Part shown: positions 1 to 13,750 of the stretch, piece after piece
Layout: every line of letters starts with the position of its first letter
How positions within the stretch are numbered: the first letter of the stretch is position 1
Source: Octopus vulgaris
Taxonomy: Eukaryota
NCBI GenBank assembly: GCA_951406725.2
Contig: OX597832.1
Span: 30,690,001 to 30,754,000, forward strand
DNA length: 64,000 bases
Direction: 5' to 3'
Program-made: the position numbers and the translations under genes
The notes under the pieces: model-generated
What the model saw: the letters and a program-made list of their open reading frames with translations, nothing else
Database searches by the model: none
What the model was told of the DNA's origin: nothing

Positions 1-1459
1 TATTATGCGGTCAGGAGGTGGTGTTATGCATTAGACACTGCAATTGTTCGCTATTAACTATTTTAATTCGAGGTTCAGTCTCTGACAATATACGAGCCAA
101 TTTTTTCTTTTTCACCACGTTTTATATTGGTGATGTTGAAGTGAAGGGCCGACGTTCTGTACGCTCACACACACGCAGTGAAGTAGCTCCATCATAGTAC
201 CTCCATGCGATCGCTCAACATTGGTTCACTTAACGGTCTTAAAAGATATAAAAAAAGCTGTTATTTTCACATGTTAATATCAATTATGTATTCAAGTCGG
301 CCAACTGGCACGCCGGGGAGCAAAAATGCTTTACGTCTTGCATTCAAATTCCGCCGAGGTCGACTACGTACCAGTTAAATACTGGATTTGATGTAATAGA
401 CAAGCCCCCCCCCTCTCCCGAAATTGCTGGCTTTGTGCCAAAATTTGAAACCAGTATTGTGTATTCAAGATCACATTAGCATATACTTGTCAGACGAATA
501 AAGACGGGATGGTCATGGCTAGAGTACCTCTTTGTCGTACGTCTGGTCGATCCAACCTGACATTCGATTAAGCAACTCCTGATTTCTGCCACAAATGGTA
601 GCAGATCTCTCAAATCATATCCTATTGCCATAAACAAATATTAAAAACAGAAAGGGCATTAGTTAATGTTGTCTGCGAGAAAAAAAAAAGACGGAATGGT
701 CACGGTTGGAGCCGACCTGATGGGTTGAACAAGTGAAAACAGCTTCATACTAACGTCGTTGGCATGTTAAAGGGAGGTGGGGATGTAATTCATGTGAGAC
801 TTTCTTGGGATGCGCAAAATAATGAAGAACCTGCTTGGATCTTGCTTTCGACTAGTAACGGCATCGCCTTACAATTAATACTGACTCTTCAAGCAGGATA
901 TTACATTCGGGACAATTGCTGCACCTGCTGTCGACTGTCATTTGCCAAGTCAAATTCCAATTCCAGAAATGTTTTTAGTTCAAGAGAGGGCGGCGGCATC
1001 GAACGAATCAAGTTGTCAGGAGACAAGGCATTCGGGGTTTTTTTAAAGTGAAGGATGTGAATAGCACTTTTAGCGTAACACACACACATCGTTATGTAAA
1101 AGTTATGAAATATATAGGTTTCAAATTTTGGCATAGGGCCAGAAATTTGAGTAGAGGGGCTAAGTCGATTATTTCGATTCCAGTGCTCAACTGGTACTTA
1201 TTTTATCGAGCCCGAAAGGATGAAAAACACAGTCGACCTCAGTGAAATTTGAACTCAGAACGTAAAGACGGTGTGCTTAACCATTCTGCCACTTCGCCGC
1301 CTTGAAATTGTAGAATATATAAAAAGAAAATATTTAACATAGTTGAGACATCTGATACAGAAGTCTACGGTGGGTAGAGTATATGTGAGCTTGTGCGTGT
1401 GTGTATAAAATCTTACAGTTTCGTCTCGAGGTTGGGCTGTCCTCAACTATCATCTGCGG

Positions 1460-1668
1460 CAGGGGTCCCCGACCACCAAACCATAGATCACTCGGTACCA
1501 GGCTGCACAGAAAAATAATTTTTAAAAATTGATTTCTATATTATTGGCTATCGCAATCTGTAGTATGTTGCTTTTTGGCTTTGTTTCTTTTTGTATGCAA
1601 TAGTTGATATATTATGCGCATGATGCCCCCACCCCGGTTTGTGGTTCTAAAAAGGTTGACGATCGCTA
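1460..1668. mobile_element. hAT (Charlie-like) MITE
   Basis: CAGGGGTCCCCGACC...AAAAAGGTTGACGATCGCT(A) degenerate hAT termini. Confidence 0.55.
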
Positions 1669-1923
1669 GTCTACAGTCTACCCCAGGGCAAAACGGAGTG
1701 TACTGTCAACTTTTGAGATTGTATAACAGTAAAAGATCTGAGATTTGTCATTGCAAACAGATCCGTTTCCCAGAACAAAGTCAAACGTGATGAAGTCCAT
1801 AATTTTTCATATACGTAATTGTTTCTCGTGCATTTGGCGTTAGTCATCGACTCTTTCTCTTCTAGTTTTGCCATTAAAATATTTTGGTGGATCCACTTTC
1901 AACAACGACTACGTTGCTATGAT

Positions 1924-1955
<32 letters not shown>

Positions 1956-3299
1956 AAGCCGATATCGTGTACTGTTTCGCTTTCGTTTCTTATAATTTAT
2001 AGAGACACACTTCGCTTGTGGCAAGCTGTGTAATTTCACTTTCACTGTGTCCTGGGAACAAAAGAAAAGTGGGTTGGCCCAGTCGTCATGAACTAGTTCT
2101 GGACGCTTAGTATATACAACCGTCCATTGACGTTCCTATACTTGCACGTACCCACGTATGTCCTCCCTCCCTCCCTCTCATACAATTTGTCCAATTTCGA
2201 AGGATCTGCGAAAATAATTGCCACAGTCCCTTCCCAGCTGAAACTACTAGAAAAAAAAAAAAACTCCTCAAATTCACATACACACTTAAACACTTTCTGG
2301 TTATTTCAAGAATCATTATACGGTTGTATTAGTCACCATTGTGGATATAAAATATAAGTTAAATAAGTTTTTATTATCATCAATATTTCAACATCTGTTG
2401 TGTTTTAAACGGATTGCCTTTGTATTTGTTACAGGAGACTGTTACACACACACACACGTTTGTATGTCATTGTTTAGACCTGAACTGACCCCATTCAGTG
2501 AGCCTGTCCTGTAATATCAATTCTGTTTTTTAGGCTTTTGTTTTAAAGGGTTTCACTCATGCCAGCATCGAAAATGGACGTTTAAATAATAATAATAATA
2601 ATAATGCTGTATCTGCAATACATCTAAGGTTTCCTTCACTTGTTTAAGACAGTAGTGTGATTTTAGGAAAATTTGGCTGCTATTTCTAGCATGGCGAATA
2701 ACTGGATGGGGGTGTCTCTTATTGCATGTGGTAGTGTCACAAACTGCATTTTATAAGTAACAGCTTGTACATACGTGAAACAATATAATGAATGGATCTA
2801 GTTAAACAATCCGACTCGGGTCAGTATGGAAGTCTGACATTAAATGATGGGGATATGTGGCATTAGGAAGGACATCCGGCCGTAACCCCCCCCCACCTGC
2901 CAGCTTACTAGTTTTCGGTCAAACCATCCTGCCCGTGCCGGCATGGAAACTGGATGTTAAATGATATCTATCGGTCCATCTACCTACCACCCCTCCCTAC
3001 CTACCTATACACACACATATTGTTTTACTTGTTTCAGTCATTTGACTGCAGCCATGCTGGAGCACTACCTTTAGTCAAACAAATTTACCCCCACACCCAG
3101 GACTTATTCTTTATAAGCTCAAAGCCATGGTCATCAATGCAGAGCCTGTGCACTCGGAGGAATAGGGGATGGAGAGCTTGGTGTGTTTAGGGTGGGAGGA
3201 GGAGAAGTAGAGGTGTGAGTCTGTGTGTTTGTAGTGGATGGAGGTGGTGAGAGTGGAGTGATGAATGCTGACCAAAATGTTGAGAAAGGAAATGGAAGT

Positions 3300-4741
3300 G
3301 TTGAAAATAGGCTAGATGAAATGCAGTTTGGCTTTGTCCAGGGAAGAAGCACTTCTGATTTTATTTTGATAGTCAGGTAACTGCAAGAAAAGTATTTAGC
3401 TAAGAATAAATTAATGTACCTAACATTCATTGATCTAGAGAAAGCCTTCGATAGAGTTCCCTGCTGTGTGATATGGTGGACTCTGAAGCTGCTGGTGGCT
3501 GGTGAAAGTTGTACAGACCATGCACAAAGATAGTCTGTAAGGTGAGAGTAGGGGCTCATTGAGGCTCAATCTTTAGTCTCCTCTTTTTTATCATTAATGG
3601 GAATTCAAGACCATCAGCCCCTGGAAATACTATATGCTAATGGTCTTGTCCTCACAGCAGATTCTATATCAAAGCTAGATGAGAAATTCCAGGTGTGGAA
3701 GCAAAACCTGGAATCTAAGGGTCTTAATGTTAACTTATCAAAAACTAAGATCCTAGTCAGCAAGAAAACTGACACGACCCTACCCACCTCAGATAGGTGG
3801 CCTTATTTGATCTATAGAAAAGGTATAGGCAGGAACTCAATATGGTGTACCCAGTGTAAGCTATGGACACATAAGAGGTGCTGTGGATTAATAGGAAGGC
3901 TGTCAGAGAAGATAGTTTTTGTAAAGTGGAAGATGCACAGGATCCATAAAAACTTTGGAAACTCAGGAAATTGATTCTCTTGAATGCCCTGGTGGCTCAT
4001 TAGAGGTAGTAGATAATTTCTGCTACCTAGGGGACCAAATTAGTAGTGGGGAAGGGTGCATGGAGAGTGTGATAGCTAGAATAACAATAGGATGGAGTAA
4101 ATTTAGAGAGCTGTTACCTCTGTTGGCCACAAAAGGTTTCTCTATTCTGAGTAAAAGGAAGATTGTATGATGCATGAATATGGACAGCAATTGTACATGG
4201 TGGTCATATGTGGGCCCTGAATGCAGAGAACATGCAAAGGTTAGAAAGGGATGAGGCTGGTATGCCCTGCTGGATGTGTAAATGTAAGTATGCATGTTCA
4301 ACGGTGTGTGCTAGTATTTTGAGAGAGAAGTTAGGCATAAGAAGAATTCGTTGTTTTGTGCAAAGAGAGGAGACTGCATAGGTTTGGTCATGTGATGCCG
4401 ATGGATGCTGTTAGCTCCGTAAAGAAGTGCTGGTCTCAAAGTAGATGGAAGTGGTGGTGGGGGCAAGACAATATGGGATGAAGTACTGAAGAACGACATC
4501 AGGATGCCAGAACCTTTCAGGCGAAATGGCAAAGGATTGAGATGCCTGGTGCCTTGTATTCCGTGCTAAGACTGGGCCCTCTTACGGAAAGCACTCATGG
4601 TAGTGCCACATAGAAGCAGCCACCTTCTATAAAGTAGTTGGCATTAGGAAGAACATCCAACCAATGAACCTTTGCCAAAGCAGAGTGTTGTGCAGCTCCC
4701 CAGCTTTGCCAACATGGACAATAGATGTTAAATGATGATGA
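3300..4741 (+). mobile_element. Decayed RTE-clade LINE (RT domain to 3' tail)
   Basis: Frameshifted RT motifs DEMQFGFVQGRSTSD, FIDLEKAFDRVP, LYANGLVL (YADD-like), KGLNVNLSKTK, Cys-rich GRNSIWCTQCKLWTHKRC and FCYLGD. Ends in a (GAT)n tail. Confidence 0.88.
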
Positions 4742-4789
4742 CTTAGTAAAAATTAATGCTGGGGGTTGATTTGTTGTTCCATTAAATCC

Positions 4790-5018
4790 TTAACCTTTTC
4801 ATTACCAACCTGGCCGAAACCGCCTCTGGCCCTGTAGTACAAATGTCTTGTTTTCTTAAGTTTTGAATTAAAATTTTCCACCAAACTTTAGTCACAATTT
4901 ACATTACTAACACTAGCTTAATGGTAACTAAGTTATTTTTCTAAATTCTTTGTTATATCTAAAATAATTGAAAGAAACACAGAGCATCTCAACAGAAATA
5001 TGGTAATGAAAGGGTTAA
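4790..5018 (+). mobile_element. piggyBac-like MITE (~220 bp)
   Basis: TTAA target duplications and CC(C/T)TTTC(A/G)TTACC...GGTAA(C/T)GAAAGGG TIRs. Four near-complete copies in the window. Confidence 0.85.
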
Positions 5019-5335
5019 AGGCAATGTCCCAACATGGCTGCAGTCTGTAACGAGTGAAAGAAACACGTGCCCCCCTCCCCTCTCTCCCCCTCCCTTTTAT
5101 GGCTGGACACCAATCTTACAGTAATACTCGAGACATATCCGTACAATTAGTATCTTTCGCTTTCTTTCTGTCATTCATTCACGAAGCATTGATTAACCAG
5201 GGACTTTAAAAAGATACCAGCTTAATGTGCCGTGCCGTGGGATTGAACCTGAAATCAATGTTATTGGAAATTATACAGCCTTGCCATCTCTTCTGAATTA
5301 AATGGGTTTTTTTTTTTTTTTTTGTCTGATTGTAG

Positions 5336-5440
5336 GAAAAATTTGACCAAACTTTGAAAGAAAACAAGGACAAACTTATTATAATTGATTTCTTTGCCAC
5401 ATGGTGTGGGCCTTGCAAAATGATTGCTCCCAAACTTAAG
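5336..5440 (+). CDS. TXN: Thioredoxin coding exon 2 (WCGPC active site)
   Basis: Poly-T tract plus ttgtag acceptor, 105 nt open frame, AAG|gtaggt donor. Confidence 0.95.
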
Positions 5441-8400
5441 GTAGGTTCATTTTCATTACTATTTTTGTATTCTGGATTAGTCATTTAGCGTTCAGCTTCT
5501 TCTGTCAAATGTCATGCTTCTTTATTCACATAGTTTTGAATTAATCAGGGATTATCTCATAGCTTGAACATTTCAATGATGAGATTGTTTATTTTTAAAA
5601 TGATATTGTAGTGTATGTTTGAGGGGCTGGACATGACTGGTTTAAATGCTGATGAGTTAAAAGCCCTTTGTTGTGCCCATAGCTTTTTCAGCCGTTTCAA
5701 GATGAGTGAGACCAATGCTGTTAATGGCCTTTCTTCAGCTGCTTCAAGTTGGTAACTTCAGGAAGAACATGACCAAGGGAAGAATTCCAATGATTATGAT
5801 GTCCATACCATCACAGTTCTTTGTAGTCAATATCTTTCATGCTCAGCCATTCTCTGTCGCAAGGGCACTGTTCCTTTTTCCACCTTTTGCAGAGCTTTCA
5901 CCTTCAATAGCCACAGATCAGTAACCCTTTCAATGCCAACCCGGCTGAGACCACCTCTAGCTCTGAGTATAAATGTTTTGTTTTCATAAGTTTGGAATTA
6001 AAATCTTCCACCAAACCTTAGTCACAATTTATGTTCCTAATACCAGCTTAATGATAACTAAGTTATTTTACTAAATTCTTTGTTATATTTAAAATTAATT
6101 GAAAGAAACACAGATACGGTAACGAAAGGGTTAACCATGCAGCATACAACTGACCTTTCACATAGAGACAGAGAGGTACTCTTCAATTCCTGACAGGAGC
6201 AATTATTCCTCCAACTTCTTTCATTTTTCGACTTCAGCTACCATCTTTTTGCCAAAGCTATTAAGGTCAGAGGTTCTCAAGCTTTTTGGGCCTCTGCCCT
6301 CTTCATGACCACATAATACCCTCAGTTCTCCCCATCCCTATTTTTATGTATAAATATTTTATATTTTACTAATTTATATATTCTATGAATCATTTGATAT
6401 TTAATATTACCAGCATCGCCTTACTGGTACCTGTGCCGGTGGCATGTGTACAAGATTCAAGCAAGGTCGTTGTCAATACCGCCTGATTGGCCCTGTGCTG
6501 GTGGCACGTAAAAGCACCCACTACATTCTCAGAGTGGTTGGCGTTTGGAAGGGTATCCAGCTGTAGAAACTCTGCCAAATCAGATTGGAGCCTGGTGCCT
6601 CCTCCTGGCTTCCCAGACCCCGGTCGAACCATCTAATCCATGCCAGCATGGAAAACGGACGTTAAACGATGATGATGTTTATTCTGTCAGTTTCTTTTGC
6701 CAAACTGCTTAGTTACAGGTATATAAACACACCAACATTGGTTGTCAAGTGATGAGATGGGGACAGAGACCACACATACACACTTATATACATGTCCCTT
6801 TCAGTTTCTATCTACCAAATCCACTCACAAGTCTTTGGTTGGCCCAAGGCTATAATAGAAGACACCTGCCCAAGGTACAACATGATGACACTCAACCTGA
6901 TATCACATGATTGGGAAGTGGGCTTCATGTCCACACAGCCACGTCTGCATTCGTTTCATGGAGATTAAACAGTGCAGTTAACTATTTTCAGTTCTTAACT
7001 TGAGAAGATGGACTTGAAGCCATCATCATCATTGTTTAGCACCCGTTTTCCATGCTGGCATGGGTTGGACAGTTTGACTGAAGTCTGGAGAGCCAGCGGC
7101 TGAACCAGGCTCCAATCTGATCTGGCAGAGTTTCTACAGCTGGATGCCCGTCCTAATGCCAACCACTTTGAGAGTGAATGGGTGCTTTTTACGTACCATC
7201 GACACAAGAGCCAGTCGGGTGAACCTGACATCGATCACATTCAGCTAGTGCTTTTTATATGCCACTGGTTTGGGGGCCAGTCAAGAGGTCCTGGCATTGA
7301 TCAAGTTTGGACAGTGCCTGTCAGGGGGCATTGGCCACAGCTACAATATTGGTTTTACTTGACTGAAACAGTCTTCTCAAGCATATTATATCGTCCGATG
7401 CATCAGGGGTACTCTTAATTGGGCCGGACATGTGTGGCTGCAATCTCATTTTAGTTTCTGGGTCTTCTCAATCACAGCATATTTCCAAACGTCTCGGTCT
7501 CCTGTTATTGCTTCTGTGGGGCCCAATGTTTGAAGGTCGTGCTTCACCCCATGTCTTCCTGGGCCTACCTCTTCCACAGGTTCCTTCCACAGTTAGAGAG
7601 TGGCACTTCTTCACACAGCTGTCTTCATCCATCTGTAACCCATGACCATACCAGCACAGTCATCTCTCTTGCACAGTTTATAATAAATGGTAATGCAATT
7701 GTGCAGCTGGCAATGACTGCATCAGTTGCTTTTCTCTTATTGCCTGTCTTAAACCAATGCTTCTGTTGAATGTTATTTACAGATACAAAACCATTCATGT
7801 TGTGGCTAGTTGTGTTGAATGTCCCAAACGCTGTCATCATGTTTGTTGGCTCATAAGAAGTTTTCCAAAATGGAGTTGGTTAAAAACAGTTCACTTTGCT
7901 TCTACCAATGTATTCGCAGATTGTATGACTATTACACGTTCTCATTCCCTCGCCTCTGTGCTTGTGGGGCACGGCCTACTTGTTTAGGTCTTGCACTCAT
8001 GATCACAAAATTGTGGTTTCGATAACTTCATTTCACATTGCTCCAGTCTTGCAATGGACTGGCGTCCTGTCCAGGTGGAGAATAATATATGCTGTGGAAA
8101 CTAGGAATCTGGCCGTTATGAGTCAGTATGACGTGAGAACGTGACTTCGTCCATTCAGCTATAAATAAGTAATCCTGCAACTGACCGGCATCGCATTTCC
8201 AGGGAGAATGTTGTAATTTTGGTCACTTGTATGTCGTGAAAATGGAATAATTGGTTTTATGAGTGCTTGGACACACGCGAGTGGTGACTAGAGGTTGTTG
8301 ATGATGATGATCAGTTTTTGTATGAATAAAATATAAAATCTTTTTTTTTATCTTTTTTTACACAGACTATGGAAGAAGAGTTTAAATCGGTCCTCTTTTG

Positions 8401-11398
8401 CACGGTAGACGTTGAAGATGCATCTGTAATTTCTTTTTTCTTTTAATTATCAAATCTTCAAACTTTATTAATTCACAATTGTTTGGATAAGGTTCTGGGT
8501 GGGGGTTTCAGTTGAGAAATATCAGCCTGTCTTAGACTTTAATTAATCATTCTATGAAATTGGTGTTTGAAATAGAGCTTGATGTGTTTTGTGTGATGGA
8601 ACTATTTGACTGCTGAAGTGGGTTTTTAATTAAAATGCAAACAAGGGAAGTAGTGTTATGTTGGCTTGCTTCTTGAATGAAGGAATCTCATGAACTTATC
8701 CAAACATTTGTCATTGAAACTGAGCTGTCTATACTTGCTAGAAATATAGTTGTGTTTGTATTAACGAGGTTTGATTCATTATAAATGACTTATGAATAAT
8801 TGTGTACGAGAAAAAAAACCTGGAAATTCTCAAGTTGTTAGGTTTCCTTGCTAAATTTGCATTGACAGTTACTAGGAGTCCCGTAATTACCATATTTTCT
8901 GGCAAACTGGTTGAATTTTTGAGATCAAAAGTTTTTTTTACAGCCAAAATAAGTTGGTCAGTTTCTACACCAAGATAACTTTGTGAAATACAATGGATTT
9001 GGGAAGATCATTGCAATGTTGAACTTTTACACAATATACTATGTTGACTTGTAAGCTGGAAAATAAGGTTATGTGATCAGAATTAGGGCCTACTGATATA
9101 AAAAACGGGGTTGAAAAGACCTTTTAGCCAGGTTGAACAGGGTTCCATGATAAAATGTGTTCAGTGTGCTCAGTAAGTTGGTTGATGTTGAGAAAGGCTT
9201 CCAGCAATTGAAACCCTGGCAAAATATAACATTAGGCCTCCAGGTGTGGTTCTCTAGCCACACCTGAGATGGCATTTACTCTAAGATCTGTCACTGACTG
9301 AGTTGACCTGTTCGACCCATCTCAGCCTGAAATAGCAGACGCAAATAATGGTGAAGTTTTGTTCTGTTTATTATGCCACAGAGCTACAGTGGCACATTAA
9401 ATATTTCATAAAATGAACCAGCATGCTTGGCTCTCAATAACAGATTCATACTAGAGACAGCAGCCAAACTATCCTCGATTCACATACAGCCATCTCTAAA
9501 AAAAGTGGAAGGACACATTACGCAATGTGTCCTTAGTTACACAGTACCTGAATAAAAAGATGGGTTTGTCATGGCTGGAACACATTTCACCATATATGAC
9601 TTCAATAGCCACCAGTACAAAATTTAGATCATCTCCTAATGTCATTTAAAAAATAAAAAATGCACGTTAATGTAATTCTTGATGTGTTGCCTAAAAATCA
9701 ATTTGGTTGGCCACGACTGGAATGTCTTCAATTAGAACTGATTGGGACAAACAGCAATAGCTACTACACACCAGCAGTGATATCTCTATTTGGAATCTTG
9801 ACCTTCTAGAAATAACAACTAAATCCCTCTCTATTATCTTCAATGAAGGACATATTAGATTATGCAGTTCTAGATGGAAACGATGGGGTGGTCACAGCTG
9901 AAACGCCTTTGACCACATATGTTCAACCAGGGCTTGAGCTAAGACCAAAATGACAATGAAGGGCACAAGATAATCTAATCCTTGATGATGGACTATCTAC
10001 TCTTTGAACTGCAATTCTTCCACTGACCTATGTGTCTTTAATTTAATTCTCAGGTAGAAGCAAAGTGATACAGGTGTGGTTGGGAAGATTGCTTCCAAAC
10101 CACATGTTTTTGGGGTGCAGTCTTACTCTATGTTGTGGCATCATGGGTAAGTGACTTCTACAATACTTCCAGGCCAGCCAAAGCCTTGTCAGTGGATTTG
10201 GCAGATGGAAACTGAAAGAAGCCCATCGTGTATGTTGATGTCTGTTTTTATGTTGATTTCTAAAAACAATTTTACATCGAACTAAATGACTACTCACTAC
10301 TTGTTTTAGAGTACATATTTTATAGCTAGATGTGTTGACAGTGACTTTGAAGTTTTTGCCTGCTTTACCTTCATCATATTTTTATCTTTGTGCACATGTA
10401 TTGTGTATTATATACAGTGTGTCTCTATTGTTATTGCAGGAGGTAGCAGAGAAAGTGGGGATCCAAGCCATGCCAACATTTAAATTCTACAAAGGAGGTG
10501 AAGAAGTGAGTATTACCTTTCTGGGAGTCAAGCGCCAGAGTTTTCATTTTCATTGCTTAAAGACACACAATGAGGACAATTTGGTGGCTTTATGCACAGA
10601 TTGTCTTCAGAAGTTGTGGCCTGTGTCTTCCATTATAGCTTTGTCAATAAAACTGGATTGAGTGAAACTACTGAAACGCATTTCATGGATTGAAACCACA
10701 TCTTGTTAGATACTGTGGTCAGAACATGCAGGCATGGCTGTGAGGTTAACAAGTTCACATGGTTTTAATTTCAGTCTTACTTTGGCCAATTGCCATCTGG
10801 TGTCCTGGACTGACCAGAGCCTTGTGAATGAATTTGAGAAATGAAAACTGAAAAGAAGTTTGTCCTGCATGTTTGTGTGTGTTTGCATACATATGTTACC
10901 AGTCATGGAATCCATAGTTATATAGACTAGTATTTTGCATGTCATACTTAACTGTAGTCTTGAGAATGCATCTCATATGTACCATGTTAATAAACATATG
11001 CTTTTATCTGTATTATATTCAAAATGATATGTTGTATGGATTATGTGTGTTACCATCCTATGGCAACTGCAAATCTATTCTCATCCTTTCGCTTTACAAA
11101 GCAATCTTCACTAGTGACAGGAAGGAAAAACAGTCTGTAAAATGGTTGGTGCTAGGAAGGGGCTCGGCTATAGAAACCCTGTCAAAGTAGACACTGGATG
11201 GAGCAGGATGCAGTCCTCTCACTCATATTCTATCAAAACACAGAAACTGCATTGTTAACTGATAACAGTATGCACATAACACACAATCACCTGGATTCTT
11301 AATTAACTATATTTCTTTCTCTTTTTTGCCAGGTTGAGGAGATAAAAGGGGCAAGTGAACTGAAAATTAGAGAAGCATTAACAAAATATTCAAGTTAA
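5336..11398 (+). CDS. TXN: Thioredoxin (Trx1 type), spliced gene, 5'-partial: join(5336..5440,8366..8425,10440..10505,11333..11398)
   Basis: Four phase-0 GT-AG exons translate to [103 protein letters not shown] active site and MPTF cis-Pro motif present. Exon sizes 105/60/66 match vertebrate TXN. The short first coding exon was not identified. Confidence 0.93.
5921..6134 (+). mobile_element. piggyBac-like MITE, same family
   Basis: Same internal sequence, ends GGTAACGAAAGGG-TTAA. Confidence 0.85.
7020..7675 (-). mobile_element. 5'-truncated RTE LINE 3' end with (GAT)n tail
   Basis: Reverse complement is homologous to 4350-4500 (RWYGH...GRGRPRKTW type C-terminus) and continues into the family A tail. 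Confidence 0.7.
8366..8425 (+). CDS. TXN: Thioredoxin coding exon 3
   Basis: cacag acceptor, [20 protein letters not shown], gtaatt donor. Confidence 0.92.
10440..10505 (+). CDS. TXN: Thioredoxin coding exon 4
   Basis: tgcag acceptor, [22 protein letters not shown], gtgagt donor. Confidence 0.94.
11333..11398 (+). CDS. TXN: Thioredoxin terminal coding exon
   Basis: gccag acceptor, [24 protein letters not shown] at 11396-11398. Confidence 0.92.
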   Translation, partial: VEEIKGASELKIREALTKYSS

Positions 11399-11564
11399 CT
11401 TGGATAAATATTTCATCTTTTATAATGATTAAATAATGTTATATCACAATTTAAAAATACTTTCACTGTTTTTGACTTCTTTTTTTGCATGTATTTTCTT
11501 TATTCTCATGTTTGCAGGTGTATTTTTAATAACTTAAAAATTTCCTTCTGGCTCTACAGTAAAT

Positions 11565-11888
11565 GCTCAGAAGCTCAACTGGTTGCAATCAGTCTGGCAA
11601 CTGACTTGGTAAACATCCACAGAATTGTGCCAACACCCACCTTGAGCACCTTTTTGAGTTCCATGTGCCTAACACATGTGGGCATGCCAAGCACAGCTCC
11701 CATGACTTTCAGAAACATTTTTTTTTTCACACTCACAGTTGCTGAAGCATGGAACAAACTACCTGCATTAGTTGTTAGCTGCCAAGACATTGCATCCTTT
11801 AAAACCTCCATGCTTTCTATGTACTCTGCATGCACCTTTGATAAGGTGCACCTGAGCACTGTACACAATAATTTCATTATCATCATTT
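11565..11888 (+). mobile_element. CR1/L2-type LINE 3' fragment just downstream of the TXN stop
   Basis: LATDLVNIHRI...FFTLTVAEAWNKLPALVV...ASFK is the typical RT C-terminal FF..RV..AWN.LP motif. The tail gtgcacctgagcactgta recurs near 35610 and inverted at 51270-51520. Confidence 0.7.
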
Positions 11889-12798
11889 TAAAGTGTGTTT
11901 CACAATTTCAGCCATCCAAAATGGTTGCTTTTACTGTATGCATAACAAAAAATATACCATGGGCCTCTGTCAATTTTTTCTCACAAGACCTGAGATAACA
12001 GAAGGTAGTTGCCACATTGAAATCAAAAAGCAATCTCGACTCTATTGCCATGTCTATGTTTATCACAGAAGTTGGTAACAAACTGATAATGCTTCATTTT
12101 TTTGCTTTCCTTTTTGTCACTTGTGGTTAAGAAGCTTGCTTCCCAACAGATACGGCACCTTGGGCAAGTGTCTTTACTATATAGACCTGACCGAAGCTTT
12201 GTCAGTGGATTCGGTTGACAGAAACTATATTTTTGTGTATAAGTGTTAGTGTGTGTGTTTATCCTTGTCTAGACATCATGTGATGGTCATAAAAGGGCCT
12301 CACCATCAGACAAAGTTGGTCAGTTTCCAATCTTCTGTGAACAACCCATCCAGCTATATGAAAATATACAATGGGCTTCTTTCAGTTTCCATCTAACAAA
12401 TCCACTCATAAGGCTTTGGTCAGCTGCTGAGGCTGTAGTAGACAACACTAGTTGAGAAGCAAGCTTCTTACCAGAGCCATTTCTGCTACCACAGAGGGAA
12501 GAGAACCAGCTGTAAAAACAACCCTCAGCTTTAAAACATTCCAAATAGGAAAAGAAAGAAAATTAAAAAGAAAAAAGTTATCCAATTTTTATAACAAATA
12601 TTTTGTTTTTTAAAATTTTTATTTGGTATCACATTCCATAATTCTCTTTGATTGTGTGGAGGAAATTTGTCTGCAATGGGAACAGTTTACACTTCCACTG
12701 CAGAGACAACTGGTATTACTACATCCCTGGCTGTCAGAAGACACTTTTATAAACCTTCGTCAGCTGTTGAATGAGTGGTAATACAGCATCAAGATGTA

Positions 12799-12830
<32 letters not shown>

Positions 12831-13750
12831 AGTAGATGGTAAAATGTTTCATTTTTCAATTTGTTCCTGTCGAATTTTATCTCTAATTTTTGTGGTTATA
12901 GAACCTAGCTGTTCTTTCTAGCGTGTTGAATTCCTATAAGTGGATTCCTTATGTGTTTAAATATACACTAATATATATGACTAATATATGTCTTTTCGAC
13001 TAAATTTTTTACATGTTAGGCCACTGGAAATGTAAATTTTAATTAATTTCCATTTCCATTTGATATGATTAAATATATATATATACATATCAGGTATGTG
13101 TTTGTATATAGGGGAAGAGAGAATGCAATTGATGAATTTTGGAAGCAATTTTTTAAGCTTACGGTGCAGTCTATGTACGAGTGCAAACCATAACTGAATG
13201 TAGTCAACATTCAGTTGTGGCAAAGAGCTTTGAAACAGAATCTTTTCTACCTTCTAGGCTACAAGTTAACACATATATTTATAGACATAGGTGCAGGCAT
13301 GGTTGTGTGGTAAGAAGATTGCTTCCCAACTACATGGTTTCTAGGTTCAGTCCCACTGTGGCACCTTGGGTGAGTGTCCTCTACTAAAGCCTTTGGGCCA
13401 ACCAAGGCCTTGTGAGTGAATTTGGTTGATGGAAACTGAAAGAAGCCCATCATGTGTATATATTTGTGTTTGTGTGTTTGCCTCCCTGCTGCTTGGCAAC
13501 TGATGTTGGTGTGTTTATGTCCCCGTAACTTAAGTTTGGCAAAATAGATTGATAGAATAAGTCCTGGGGTCAGTTTCTTTAACACCCTTTAAGACAGTGC
13601 TCCAGCATGACCACAGTCAAAATGACAGGTTTAAAAGAAATACATCTATATATATAAAATATACTAGAGAGAAACTTTAGTGGAGTAACAGTTTGATAGG
13701 GTTACTTGATATTCTCTGCGGGGTTATCACTAATACAGCACCAGAATTAA

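Noticed and set aside
764-1134. Overlapping 95-aa (+) and 77-aa (-) ORFs as genes
   Set aside because: No recognisable motif or convincing splice structure, and partly overlapping a SINE.
2792-2830. TXN exon 1 candidate MDLVKQSDS
   Set aside because: Available GT donors are out of phase, and the sequence is a decayed family A retroposon tail.
5576-5652. C/D-box snoRNA (ATGATGA...CTGA) in TXN intron 2
   Set aside because: It lies inside a dispersed MITE-like repeat (related pieces inverted at ~16130-16260 and ~16780-16815), with no evident terminal stem or rRNA guide.
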